A stretch of 61,663 bases of DNA, filler included. It is 6 parts of 6 records of this genome, joined end to end, with 100 filler letters (N's around TTAATTAATTAA, not from the genome) between each part and the next. Parts side by side here need not be neighbours in the genome. Positions count along the whole stretch, not along the records: positions 8,586 to 20,838 come from SRR20825010_5260; positions 20,939 to 25,764 come from SRR20825010_5263; positions 25,865 to 50,596 come from SRR20825010_5276; 3 more parts are not named here. One strand, written 5' to 3'. The first letter of the stretch is position 1, and every line of letters starts with the position of its first letter. Below the pieces are notes generated by a model that did not search any database, was not told the DNA's origin, and saw only the letters and a list, made by a program, of their open reading frames with translations. Below are positions 19,887 through 28,963 of this stretch, piece after piece. Position numbers and translations under genes: made by a program.

Positions 19887-19949
19887 CAAATTCACTATTA
19901 ATTTAGCAAAATTCAGAAAACATTATTAATATAAAGGTGATAAAAATCA
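19887..19949 (-). promoter_or_regulatory. nap promoter: near-consensus Bacteroidetes -7 element plus Crp/Fnr-like box
   Basis: Minus-strand TGAATTTG at 19887-19894 and TGATAAAAATCA (TGAT-N4-ATCA) at 19938-19949; same spacing as at nadA. Confidence 0.6.
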
Positions 19950-20204
19950 TCAATGATGTAAAATGAAGTAGTTTTCCGATAGTATATTGTGCTGATGGGT
20001 TTAGCTGAAATTAAATGAAAAACAAAAGGATTTATCTATTTTAGAGAAAAAGGTGTGTTGTTAAATATGCTCTAAATAAGTTTTATAAAATAATTTCAAT
20101 GGCAGAATACTATATGTGAAGTGGCAATGTCCAAAACAATTCGCTTTTGGAAGGCCTACTTCAAAATTTACCTGCACATTATAGGGTCTAGAAAAGTATA
20201 AAGC

Positions 20205-20654
20205 TCATATCCCTGGATTCCATCCAATAGCAATTGCAACTTGTTTTTTATCTTTAATCACGGACCTTATTATATAGGGCCGGTCATTACCGACATTTTC
20301 TAGAGTGGTATCCATAGGTTCGCCGTCTATAAGGACAGTTCCTGTGAAGTTGCTTTTTGGTTGGTGACCTAGTCCGTATCGGTTGTCTTCTACAAGGATG
20401 AGCATTAACATCTTTTCTGGATCGGCAGATGAGCAGAAAATGCCCAATTCATCCCAAAGATATACGCTGTTTTTGGTTTGCTTAACAGGTTCGATACGTG
20501 TGGCATCACCCAAAATGTTTTTTATGATATTGTAGCTAGTTGGAAAACTAATGGATGAATTATTTATCCTTATCGCTTTAGGGTCACACTCAATAATGAC
20601 AGAACCTGTCTTATTTTTTCTTTTGCTTGGATCTCTAAAGTCGAATATTCCCAT
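20205..20654 (-). CDS. Hypothetical protein
   Basis: About 150-aa ORF in AT-rich DNA (ATG 20654, alternative TTG 20663); no motif recognised. Confidence 0.65.
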   Translation of the reverse strand: MGIFDFRDPSKRKNKTGSVIIECDPKAIRINNSSISFPTSYNIIKNILGDATRIEPVKQTKNSVYLWDELGIFCSSADPEKMLMLILVEDNRYGLGHQPKSNFTGTVLIDGEPMDTTLENVGNDRPYIIRSVIKDKKQVAIAIGWNPGI

Positions 20655-20838
20655 AAGACGCAAGATATTTATTTTTTAAGAATAGTGGAAGGTTTAGTTG
20701 TTTAGAATTTTTGGGATATGTGCTGGGGTAAGTAATATTGGAATATGGGAAGAACACAATAATGCACAGCCTAATATTTCCTATGGCTTTTTCCAATAAA
20801 CAAAGAACGGATCAATCCTAAAAGTTGTGTGTGAATTG

Positions 20839-20938
20839 NNNNNNNNNNNNNNNNNNNNNNNNNNNNNNNNNNNNNNNNNNNNTTAATTAATTAANNNNNN
20901 NNNNNNNNNNNNNNNNNNNNNNNNNNNNNNNNNNNNNN
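20839..20938. other. Artificial contig spacer 2
   Basis: 44 N + TTAATTAATTAA + 44 N. Confidence 0.98.
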
Positions 20939-21083
20939 CCCTTTACCTCCCCCTCTAACCTAGGTATTTAGATTTTTGTGGCCCGCAAGTGTCGAAGTAT
21001 GTGATAATGCTTTTCATAAGTGGCAAAAAATAAAATATAGCCACGAATAAAATAATTAGTTCCGAATGGGAGGAAATTAAAAA

Positions 21084-22130
21084 ATGATCAAGCGTACATT
21101 TATGTCGATTGCAGCGTTCTCGGCTGCATCAATGATGGCGTTCAGCGTATCCGCTGCTGACGTCGTAGATGGACCCGAAGTAAGCTGGAATGTGTCCACA
21201 TGGGGCAAACAAAGAGCCTTTACGGCAAGTGTCGAAACCATCAGGGACTATGTGGCCGAACGTACGGGCGGAAAATTCAAAATCAAGATTCACTACGGTG
21301 AAGCTCTCTCCAAGGCGAGAGAAAATCTGGATGGCATTAAGCTTGGTGCCTTTCAGATGGCAATGTTTTGTTCCGCTTATCATCCGGCAAAGCATCCGAC
21401 ATTGTCTGGACTTGACCTTCCGTTCCTGCCATTTCCTAACCTGCGGGTTCAAACAAAGGTGCATGAAGCATATTATGCTGACCCTGCTGTCGCAAAGGAC
21501 TTGGCCCGCTGGGATGCCAAGTTGCTGATGAGCTCACTCTTGCCACAGTATGAATTCACAGGCGTCGGCGAACCTCCAGTCAAATTGGAGGACTGGGATG
21601 GTATGCGCGTCCGTGCATTAGGCGGCATTGGTGAGGCAATGAAGAAAATTGGAGCAGTTCCTACAACAGTGCCTGCACCAGAAGTCTACACCTCGCTGGA
21701 ACTCGGTACGATTGAAGCCGCTTCCTTTCCGTTCACCTATGCGCATGTGGCCTACCGGCTGACTGATATCGGGGAATGGTATACAGCGAATATGTCACCC
21801 GGCGCGAACAACTGCCCGGTTGTTGTTAACATACCGGCATACGAAAAGCTTCCGCCTCAGTATCAACAGCTTCTTCAGGAAGCTAAACCTTCTGCATATG
21901 AAGCCCTTTATGCTGCATATGAAGCCGCGGATGCCAAAAACTTCCCGCTCATGAAAGAAAAAGGAATGATAGCAATCACCTTCTCTGATGAAGAGATTGC
22001 TAGGTTCCGTGAAGTCGGTGCAAAACCGGTTTGGGACGAATGGGTCGCGAAAATGAATGCCGATGGATTTCCCGGCGATCAGCTTTTCGAATTGATCATG
22101 ACGACTTCAAAAGAAGCCGCCAGCAATTAA
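21084..22130 (+). CDS. dctP: TRAP transporter substrate-binding protein
   Basis: Signal peptide, GGAGG RBS, and LDLPFL, GMRVRALGG, VPAPEVYTSLELGTIEA. Confidence 0.9.
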   Translation: MIKRTFMSIAAFSAASMMAFSVSAADVVDGPEVSWNVSTWGKQRAFTASVETIRDYVAERTGGKFKIKIHYGEALSKARENLDGIKLGAFQMAMFCSAYHPAKHPTLSGLDLPFLPFPNLRVQTKVHEAYYADPAVAKDLARWDAKLLMSSLLPQYEFTGVGEPPVKLEDWDGMRVRALGGIGEAMKKIGAVPTTVPAPEVYTSLELGTIEAASFPFTYAHVAYRLTDIGEWYTANMSPGANNCPVVVNIPAYEKLPPQYQQLLQEAKPSAYEALYAAYEAADAKNFPLMKEKGMIAITFSDEEIARFREVGAKPVWDEWVAKMNADGFPGDQLFELIMTTSKEAASN

Positions 22131-22141
22131 ATCTTTGAATT

Positions 22142-22165
22142 GAGGGCCTGGCATGCCAGGCCCTC
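22142..22165. terminator. Intercistronic hairpin after dctP (partial terminator or mRNA stabiliser)
   Basis: Perfect 24-nt palindrome GAGGGCCTGGCATGCCAGGCCCTC followed by TTT. Confidence 0.6.
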
Positions 22166-22185
22166 TTTCGACATAAGAAAAAATC

Positions 22186-22854
22186 ATGACATCAACAAAT
22201 CCTCCTAGGGGCTCTGCGTCAGGATCGGCATTTGCCGCATTTGACCGCGGATTTTCCAAGCTCGAAGATTTCCTGAACGGCGCTTCAGCCCTCGCAATAT
22301 TTTTTGTGATGTTGATCGGTGTCGTCCAGGTATTCAGCCGGAAGCTTCTCAATATACCGATCCCCGGCTATATCGATTTTATCGAACAAAGCATGGTTGT
22401 CTTTGCTTTTTTCGGAATAGCCTATTGTCAGCGGCTTGGCGGGCATGTGCGTATGGACCTTTTTATGGCCAAATTTAGCGATCGGCCGCTGTATTTCTTT
22501 GAGGCATTAGCGACGCTGATTGGGCTTGTTGTTATCACGATCCTAATAGACACCAGTTGGCTACATTTTATGAGAGCCTACGAACTTGGGGATTCAACGA
22601 TTGATGTCGGGCTTCCTATCTGGCCCGCGAAACTCGCCATTCCGCTTGCCTTTGGAATACTCTGGGTTCGCTTTGCGCTACAACTCATCGGCTTCATCAG
22701 GCTCTTCATTTATCCGAGTGCGGAGATTATTGCAGTTCCCGTTATTGAAGACGTCATCACTACGGCCCGCCACGAGATTGAAGATGCGCTTGGCGAAGAA
22801 GCCGCCAAAGAAGCAAAATTCGACGAAACTTACATTAAAAAGGGTAAAAAGTGA
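22186..22854 (+). CDS. dctQ: TRAP transporter small permease
   Basis: Four TM helices; GGHVRMDL and LPIWPAK. Confidence 0.9.
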   Translation: MTSTNPPRGSASGSAFAAFDRGFSKLEDFLNGASALAIFFVMLIGVVQVFSRKLLNIPIPGYIDFIEQSMVVFAFFGIAYCQRLGGHVRMDLFMAKFSDRPLYFFEALATLIGLVVITILIDTSWLHFMRAYELGDSTIDVGLPIWPAKLAIPLAFGILWVRFALQLIGFIRLFIYPSAEIIAVPVIEDVITTARHEIEDALGEEAAKEAKFDETYIKKGKK

Positions 22855-24161
22855 TGGAGATAGATCCTCTCCTCTCCGGCGTGATCGGCATGGGAGCCCT
22901 GATCGTGATGGTGTTTTTGGGTGTCCGGGTCTATATCGCCGCAACAGTTGTTGGCATGATAGGCATCGTATCCATTATCGGCTGGGATGCCGGTACAGGT
23001 ATCGTAGGAACGATCCCGCACTCGAAATCCACTCTTTATTCCCTGAGCGTGCTACCGATGTTCATTCTCATCGGTTTTCTCGCGTTTCACGCAGGAATTA
23101 CCACTGCCGCATTTGACGCCGCCAAAAAATGGATCGGCTGGGTGCCGGGCGGCCTCGCGGTCGCGAGCGTTTTTGCCGCCGCTGGATTTGCGGCGGTATC
23201 GGGTGCCAGCACGGCAACCGCTGCCGTATTTAGCCGGGTCGCCATTCCGGAAATGCTGGCAAATGGGTATGACAGGAGACTGGCGGCAGGCGTTGTTGCT
23301 GCTGGTGGAACGCTCGCCTCCCTGATCCCGCCGAGCGCAATTCTGGTGATCTATGCCATTATTGTCGAGCAATCCGTTGGCGCACTCCTTCTGGCCGGCT
23401 TTATACCGGGAATAGTTTCCGCGCTTATCTATGCGCTGATCATTATGATCCGGGCAACCATCAACCCCAAGCTGGGACCGCCTGTTCGCGGCTTCACTTT
23501 CAACGAGCGGGTTAAATCCCTGCCGGGCACGCTTCCCATTGTTGCCGTTATTGGTATTATTTTCAGCGCCATATATGGTGGCTGGGCGACGCCGACGGAA
23601 GCCGGGGCGCTTGGCGCCTTTGTTGTGCTTATCATCGCTCTTTTCCATGGGATGCGGACCAAGGAGCTGAAAGACGCGCTGTTCGAAACCGCCAAGCTTA
23701 CGGTAATGATCTTCTCGATCATCTGGGGCGTACTGGTTTTTGTCCGATTTCTTGGATTTTCGGGCCTGCCCGAAGCCTTCGCCGAATGGATCCTGGGCCT
23801 GCCCCTGCCACCGACCATGATCATCATCCTGATTCTTTGCGGCTACGCCATCCTCGGCATGTTTATGGATGCCATCGGGATGCTGCTCTTGACGCTTCCC
23901 GTTGTTTATCCTGCGATTATCGGGCTTGGGTATGACCCGATATGGTTTGGTATTATTGTCGTGAAGATGGTGGAAATCTGCCTGATCACGCCACCAATCG
24001 GGCTCAATTGTTATGTGGTTAACGGGGTCAGACCGGATATACCGCTTTCGGATGTGTTCCGGGGGATTGGTCCGTTTTTTATCGCCGACGTCTTAACGAT
24101 TGCCCTGTTCATCGCGTTCCCGGCTTTGATTGTCTGGCTGCCGCAAACCATGCTAAACTGA
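22851..24161 (+). CDS. dctM: TRAP transporter large permease
   Basis: LPMFILIG, AAVSGASTATAA, GGTLASLIPPS, TPTEAGA and ITPPIGLN. Confidence 0.93.
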   Translation: MMEIDPLLSGVIGMGALIVMVFLGVRVYIAATVVGMIGIVSIIGWDAGTGIVGTIPHSKSTLYSLSVLPMFILIGFLAFHAGITTAAFDAAKKWIGWVPGGLAVASVFAAAGFAAVSGASTATAAVFSRVAIPEMLANGYDRRLAAGVVAAGGTLASLIPPSAILVIYAIIVEQSVGALLLAGFIPGIVSALIYALIIMIRATINPKLGPPVRGFTFNERVKSLPGTLPIVAVIGIIFSAIYGGWATPTEAGALGAFVVLIIALFHGMRTKELKDALFETAKLTVMIFSIIWGVLVFVRFLGFSGLPEAFAEWILGLPLPPTMIIILILCGYAILGMFMDAIGMLLLTLPVVYPAIIGLGYDPIWFGIIVVKMVEICLITPPIGLNCYVVNGVRPDIPLSDVFRGIGPFFIADVLTIALFIAFPALIVWLPQTMLN

Positions 24162-24217
24162 TTAAAACTACATCTTCCGGCTTCCTGCCAAAATCAAAAA
24201 TAACAAGGAGTAGGTAA

Positions 24218-25384
24218 ATGGATTTCACGCTCACTGAAGAGCAGCATGCCATTGTCGAGAATGTCGAGGCGCTATGTGCGCGCTTCGATGACAGTTACTG
24301 GCGCGAAAAGGATCGCACAGGCGACTTCCCGTTCGATTTTCACGCCGCAATGGCGGAAGCCGGATGGCTTGGCATCACCATGCCGGAGGAATTCGGCGGC
24401 GCAGGGCTCGGCGTTGTCGAGGCGGCACTGATGATGCATACGGTCGCAAAGTCTTCCGGCGGAATGTCGGCGGCATCGGCCGTTCACATCAATATTTTCG
24501 GGCCTCATCCGATTGTAGTTTTTGGCAATGAGACTCAGAAGAACCGCTGGCTCCCCCCGCTCATCAAGGGAGAGGTCAAAACCTGCTTCGGGGTAACAGA
24601 GCCTAACGCCGGCCTGAATACAACAGCTCTTGAAACACGGGCGGAAAAAACGGCAGACGGCTATCTCGTGAATGGCCGCAAGATCTGGACCACGACGGGG
24701 CAGGAAGCGGATAAGATCATGCTGCTGGCCCGCACAACGCCGAAAGAGAACTGCAAGAAAGCGACCGACGGCCTGTCCATCTTCTACACGGACATGAACC
24801 GTGACTATATGGACGTCCGCGTTATTGACAAAATGGGCCGCAAGGCCGTCGATTCCAACGAAGTTTTTATCGACAATCTGCCAGTACCGGAAGAAGACCT
24901 GATCGGAGAAGAAGGCAAGGGATTTTATTACCTCCTGCACAGCCTGAACCCGGAGCGCGTTCTCGTCGGGATGGAAGCGATCGGCCTTGGCATGAATGCA
25001 CTTGGTCGCGCGGCACAATACGCCCGGGAGAGAGAAGTGTTCGGCCGCCCTATCGGCAAGAATCAGGCAATTCAACATCCGCTTGCAGAAAACTGGATGG
25101 AACTAGAGGCCGCCTATCTGATGGCGATGAAAGCCGCCTCAAACTACGATGCCGGACTTGAAGCAGGCGTTTATGCCAATGCCGCGAAATATCTTGGCGG
25201 TGAAGCAGGTTTCAAGGCGTGCACCCAGGCTGTCATGACCCATGGCGGCATGGGCTATGCCAAAGAGTTCACCGTTGAACGGTTGATGCGCGAAGTCATG
25301 ATCTGCCGGATTGCCCCTGTCAGCCCGCAACTGGTGCTCTGTTACATTGCCGAAAAGGCGCTCGGATTGCCGAAATCCTACTGA
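24218..25384 (+). CDS. Acyl-CoA dehydrogenase family protein
   Basis: PEEFGGAGLG, FGVTEPNAG, NGRKIWTT, REVFGRPIGKNQAIQ and HGGMGYAKE. Confidence 0.93.
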   Translation: MDFTLTEEQHAIVENVEALCARFDDSYWREKDRTGDFPFDFHAAMAEAGWLGITMPEEFGGAGLGVVEAALMMHTVAKSSGGMSAASAVHINIFGPHPIVVFGNETQKNRWLPPLIKGEVKTCFGVTEPNAGLNTTALETRAEKTADGYLVNGRKIWTTTGQEADKIMLLARTTPKENCKKATDGLSIFYTDMNRDYMDVRVIDKMGRKAVDSNEVFIDNLPVPEEDLIGEEGKGFYYLLHSLNPERVLVGMEAIGLGMNALGRAAQYAREREVFGRPIGKNQAIQHPLAENWMELEAAYLMAMKAASNYDAGLEAGVYANAAKYLGGEAGFKACTQAVMTHGGMGYAKEFTVERLMREVMICRIAPVSPQLVLCYIAEKALGLPKSY

Positions 25385-25414
25385 TAGAAAATTTTTGATG
25401 GATAAAGGTGACGA

Positions 25415-25764
25415 ATGAGCAAAGCCAATAATGGGCCTCTGACAGGGATAAGAGTTGCCGACCTTACGTCTGTTCTACTAGGACCATATGCGTCGCAAAC
25501 TCTCGGTGACATGGGCGCCGACGTGATCAAGATAGAGGGGCCAGAGGGTGATACCACCCGCGATCTCGGGCCGCGCCGCTCACCTGGTATGGCGGCCATA
25601 TATCTGAATGCCAACCGCAACAAGCGGGCATTGGGCATTGATCTAAAATCTGAGGACGGGCGCGCCGCCCTTCTCAAACTGCTCGGGACTGTTGATGTCT
25701 TCCTGCACAACATGCGGCCTTCCGCGATTAAGCGGCTGCGCCTTACCTACGATGATGTGAAGGC
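25415..25764 (+). CDS. CaiB/BaiF family III CoA-transferase (truncated by the contig end)
   Basis: GPLTGIRVADL...GPY...LGDMGADVIKIE...GD.TR and NRNKR. Confidence 0.92.
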
Positions 25765-25864
25765 NNNNNNNNNNNNNNNNNNNNNNNNNNNNNNNNNNNN
25801 NNNNNNNNTTAATTAATTAANNNNNNNNNNNNNNNNNNNNNNNNNNNNNNNNNNNNNNNNNNNN
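25765..25864. other. Artificial contig spacer 3
   Basis: 44 N + TTAATTAATTAA + 44 N. Confidence 0.98.
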
Positions 25865-25970
25865 TGCCTTTCGAAACTCGCTTCTCGTAACTCGCAACTG
25901 TTTTGATTGAGCTGTCTACCCGAGGGGCACAGAGAGCGATGCTCCTTCGGAGGACGGTTCTCCGCACAAA

Positions 25971-26002
25971 CGAAAACGCCCCGCGATGCGGGGCGTTTTT
26001 CG
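25971..26002 (-). terminator. Rho-independent (probably bidirectional) terminator downstream of pfk
   Basis: AAAACGCCCCGC-GAT-GCGGGGCGTTTT. Confidence 0.8.
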
Positions 26003-26027
26003 TTTCGGGGTGTGGCTTAGGTGTGGC

Positions 26028-27290
26028 TTACACCTCAAAGGCGTCGTTCAGCTTTTTGGCCACCGGTGCCAGTTTCAGCTTGGCGAACTGTGGAAGGCCG
26101 TTTTTGAAGGGGGGGTAGGATTCGCCACCGATCAATGGTTCCAGATAGGCACGGCCGGCAGGGGTAATGCCGAAGCCATCCTTGCTGATGTACTTGCGTG
26201 GCATTTTCTTTTCCACGTTGGCGACTTTCTTCAGTGGTGCTTCGCCGATGGTCCAGCTGTATTTCTTGGTGTCTTTACGAACCACTGTAGGCATAACCGC
26301 GTTCTTGCCGGCTACGGCGAACTCCACGGCGGCACGGCCAACGGCGTAAGCCTGCTCCACGTCGGTGGCGGAGGCAATGTGACGTGCTGCCCGTTGCAGG
26401 TAGTCGCTCACCGCCCAGTGGTATTTGTAGCCCAGTTCGTCTTTCACCATCTGCGCAATGACCGGGGCCACGCCGCCCAGCTGTTTGTGGCCAAAGGCGT
26501 CGGTGTTGCCGGCATCGGCCAGGAAAGTGCCGTCTTCGTAACGTGCGCCTTCGGAGACAACGATGACACAGTAACCGGCTTTCTTGACGGTGGCGTCCAC
26601 CTTCTTCATGAAGGCGGCCTTGTCGAAGGCAATTTCCGGGAACAGGATCAGGTGCGGCGCATCATCGGCGTCTTCCTTGGCAAGACCGGCGGAGGCGGCA
26701 ATCCAGCCTGCGTGGCGGCCCATGACTTCCATCACGAACACCTTGGTGGAGGTGGCGCACATGCTGGCCACGTCCAGGGCGGCCTCGCGGCAGCTCACGG
26801 CGGTGTACTTGGCCACGGAACCGAAACCCGGGCTCACGTCGGTGAAGGGCAAGTCGTTGTCCACGGTCTTGGGCACGTGGATGGCCTGGATCGGGTAGCC
26901 CATTTTTTCGGACAGTTGGGACACCTTCAGGCAGGTATCGGCGGAGTCGCCGCCGCCGTTGTAGAAGAAGTAGCCGATGTTGTGGGCCTTGAACACCTCA
27001 ATCAGGCGTTCGTATTCGCGCTGGGAGGTCTTCAGGTCTTTCAGTTTGTAGCGGCAGGAGCCGAAGGCGCCGCCCGGGGTGTGCTTGAGCGCTTCAATGG
27101 CGCTTTTGCTTTCTTTGCTGGTATCGATCAGCTCTTCGGTCAGTGCGCCGATGATGCCGTTTCGGCCGGCGTAGACCTTGCCGATCACATCCTTGTTTTC
27201 CCGGGCGGCTTCGATAACGCCGGCGGCGGAAGCATTGATGACAGCGGTGACGCCGCCGGACTGAGCGTAGAAAGCGTTTTTACGCGCCAT
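26028..27290 (-). CDS. pfkA: 6-phosphofructokinase with PPi-dependent signature
   Basis: AQSGGVTAVIN, GSCR, NGGGDS, PKTVDNDL, EVMGRHAGW, VSEG and DYLQR. Confidence 0.92.
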   Translation of the reverse strand: MARKNAFYAQSGGVTAVINASAAGVIEAARENKDVIGKVYAGRNGIIGALTEELIDTSKESKSAIEALKHTPGGAFGSCRYKLKDLKTSQREYERLIEVFKAHNIGYFFYNGGGDSADTCLKVSQLSEKMGYPIQAIHVPKTVDNDLPFTDVSPGFGSVAKYTAVSCREAALDVASMCATSTKVFVMEVMGRHAGWIAASAGLAKEDADDAPHLILFPEIAFDKAAFMKKVDATVKKAGYCVIVVSEGARYEDGTFLADAGNTDAFGHKQLGGVAPVIAQMVKDELGYKYHWAVSDYLQRAARHIASATDVEQAYAVGRAAVEFAVAGKNAVMPTVVRKDTKKYSWTIGEAPLKKVANVEKKMPRKYISKDGFGITPAGRAYLEPLIGGESYPPFKNGLPQFAKLKLAPVAKKLNDAFEV

Positions 27291-27539
27291 GTGAGACCCC
27301 TTGATTCAATTTGCGTGCATTCTAGCGAAGCAGGCCATGAAACACACCCGGTGTTGTCGGACGAAAAAGACAAGCCAGGCGCTTCCAGCTGTGAGACGCG
27401 GGATGGGGGGCTACCTGGTGCGCTGTGCCCTAGGGAGGAAGGGAGTCACGGCAGTGGTTTTATGTTTTCTAGTAGCTGGAAGCTGACAGCTAGTAGCTGT
27501 TTCCCCCCGGCTCTGAAAGAATAGCGGCCCGGAGGATCC

Positions 27540-28064
27540 ATGACTGTATTGATGACCCTGTTTTGGCGGTTGGCCATATTTCGTGCCAGCCCGGAGAATG
27601 CCCCGTATTCCCCATCGTTGCTGGCGTTGGTGCTGGCCGGCTGGTTTGTGTTGCAGCTACTGGTGGGCAGCCTGCAGACCGCATTGCCCATTGGAGTGTT
27701 GGTAAGCAGCCAGTTGCTGTCGTTGACGGTAGTGCTGGCGGGCACTGGCCTGTTGCTATCGTTCAAGGGCTTGCAGGGGCGCTGGTTGCAGACCGCCCTG
27801 TCGCTGGTAGGGGTGGATGTGATTCTGACCCTCATGAGCCTGCCGTTGCTGGCGCTGAATGCCAGCATGGAGCAGTCGCTGAGTGCTATCGAGCTGCTGT
27901 ATCTGGTGCTGGTGAGCTGGCAGTTGGCGGCGCAGAGCTTTATTTACCACCGCTCTCTGAACGTGGGCCCGTTCCTTGGGCTTGGGGTGGCCATGACGTT
28001 GTTGGTGGCCAGTTATGCGGGGGTGGTATTGCTGCTCCCTGAGGTGGTGACCGGCGCTCAGTGA
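27540..28064 (+). CDS. Hypothetical inner-membrane protein
   Basis: GGAGG RBS and about 5 TM helices; 3' end overlaps the convergent response regulator. Confidence 0.75.
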   Translation: MTVLMTLFWRLAIFRASPENAPYSPSLLALVLAGWFVLQLLVGSLQTALPIGVLVSSQLLSLTVVLAGTGLLLSFKGLQGRWLQTALSLVGVDVILTLMSLPLLALNASMEQSLSAIELLYLVLVSWQLAAQSFIYHRSLNVGPFLGLGVAMTLLVASYAGVVLLLPEVVTGAQ

Positions 28065-28963
28065 ATCTGGGTAAGGTACTGAATGACCATGGCGGCTGCG
28101 GCGGTTCGGTTCTCCACACCCAGCTTGCGGAAGATCTGTTCAAGGTGTTTGTTCACGGTGCGGGGGCTCAATTCAAGAATCTGTGCAATCTCCCGGTTGG
28201 TTTTACCGTGGGCAATCCACACCAGCACCTGTGCTTCGCGGTGCGTTACATGTAATGCACTCTTCAGTAGCTCCAGCTCCGCATCGCTGTCGTGATGTAA
28301 CAGCCGGAACAGATGCTCTGCGTTTTCTTCCCCGCTTGCCGAATGGCCCAAATAACGTAATCCCAGGTTGCCGGGGAGCTGGTTGAGTTGTTGGCCCCGT
28401 TCGGGCTGATGCTTCAGCCAGCGCTCTATGGGCTCGGCCAGGGCGCTGCGGTCCACATTGGCTTTTTCCAGTAGCAGGTCTGTCTGGGGGGTGGCCCAGC
28501 GCCATTGTCCGGTCGGGTCGGTGGAGAAACTGGTCTGGCCGAGCCGGTCGAGGGTGGTGTGGGCGCTTTGCGTCATACGGGCATTGTTCAGATGTACGCG
28601 AATCCGGGCGATCAGTTCGTTTGGCCGCACCGGTTTGGTGATGTAGTCCACGCCTCCGGCTTCCAGCCCCCGCACTACATCTTCACTTTCAGTCAGCCCG
28701 GTCATGAAAATTACCGGGACGGAGGCCAGTGCGGGATGCTTTTTCAGGCGCCGACAGGTTTCGAAGCCGTCCAGGTTGGGCATGATCGCATCCATCAAGA
28801 TCAAATCCGGTGTCATTTTTTCAGCAATGCTCAGCGCCTGCTGCCCTTCAAGCGCAATCAGTGCGGTTAGCCCTGCCTGATCCAGTGCCTGGTGGATCAT
28901 GCCGAGGGAGTCGGGGGAGTCGTCCACGACCAATATCAGGTCTTTACGTTGCGAGGCTGTCAT
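28058..28963 (-). CDS. DNA-binding response regulator (REC + LuxR/NarL HTH)
   Basis: LVVDD...DLILMDAIMP..DGFE...DYITKP; C-terminal THREAQVLVWIAHGKTNREIAQILELSPRTVNKH. Confidence 0.93.
   Translation of the reverse strand: MTASQRKDLILVVDDSPDSLGMIHQALDQAGLTALIALEGQQALSIAEKMTPDLILMDAIMPNLDGFETCRRLKKHPALASVPVIFMTGLTESEDVVRGLEAGGVDYITKPVRPNELIARIRVHLNNARMTQSAHTTLDRLGQTSFSTDPTGQWRWATPQTDLLLEKANVDRSALAEPIERWLKHQPERGQQLNQLPGNLGLRYLGHSASGEENAEHLFRLLHHDSDAELELLKSALHVTHREAQVLVWIAHGKTNREIAQILELSPRTVNKHLEQIFRKLGVENRTAAAAMVIQYLTQIH

Noticed and set aside
25986-27524. 512-aa plus-strand ORF
   Set aside because: Antisense to pfk with no recognisable motifs; a typical high-GC shadow ORF. The same applies to 3453-4409, 4602-5534, 7383-8309, 49458-50648, 52087-52947 and 53919-55010.
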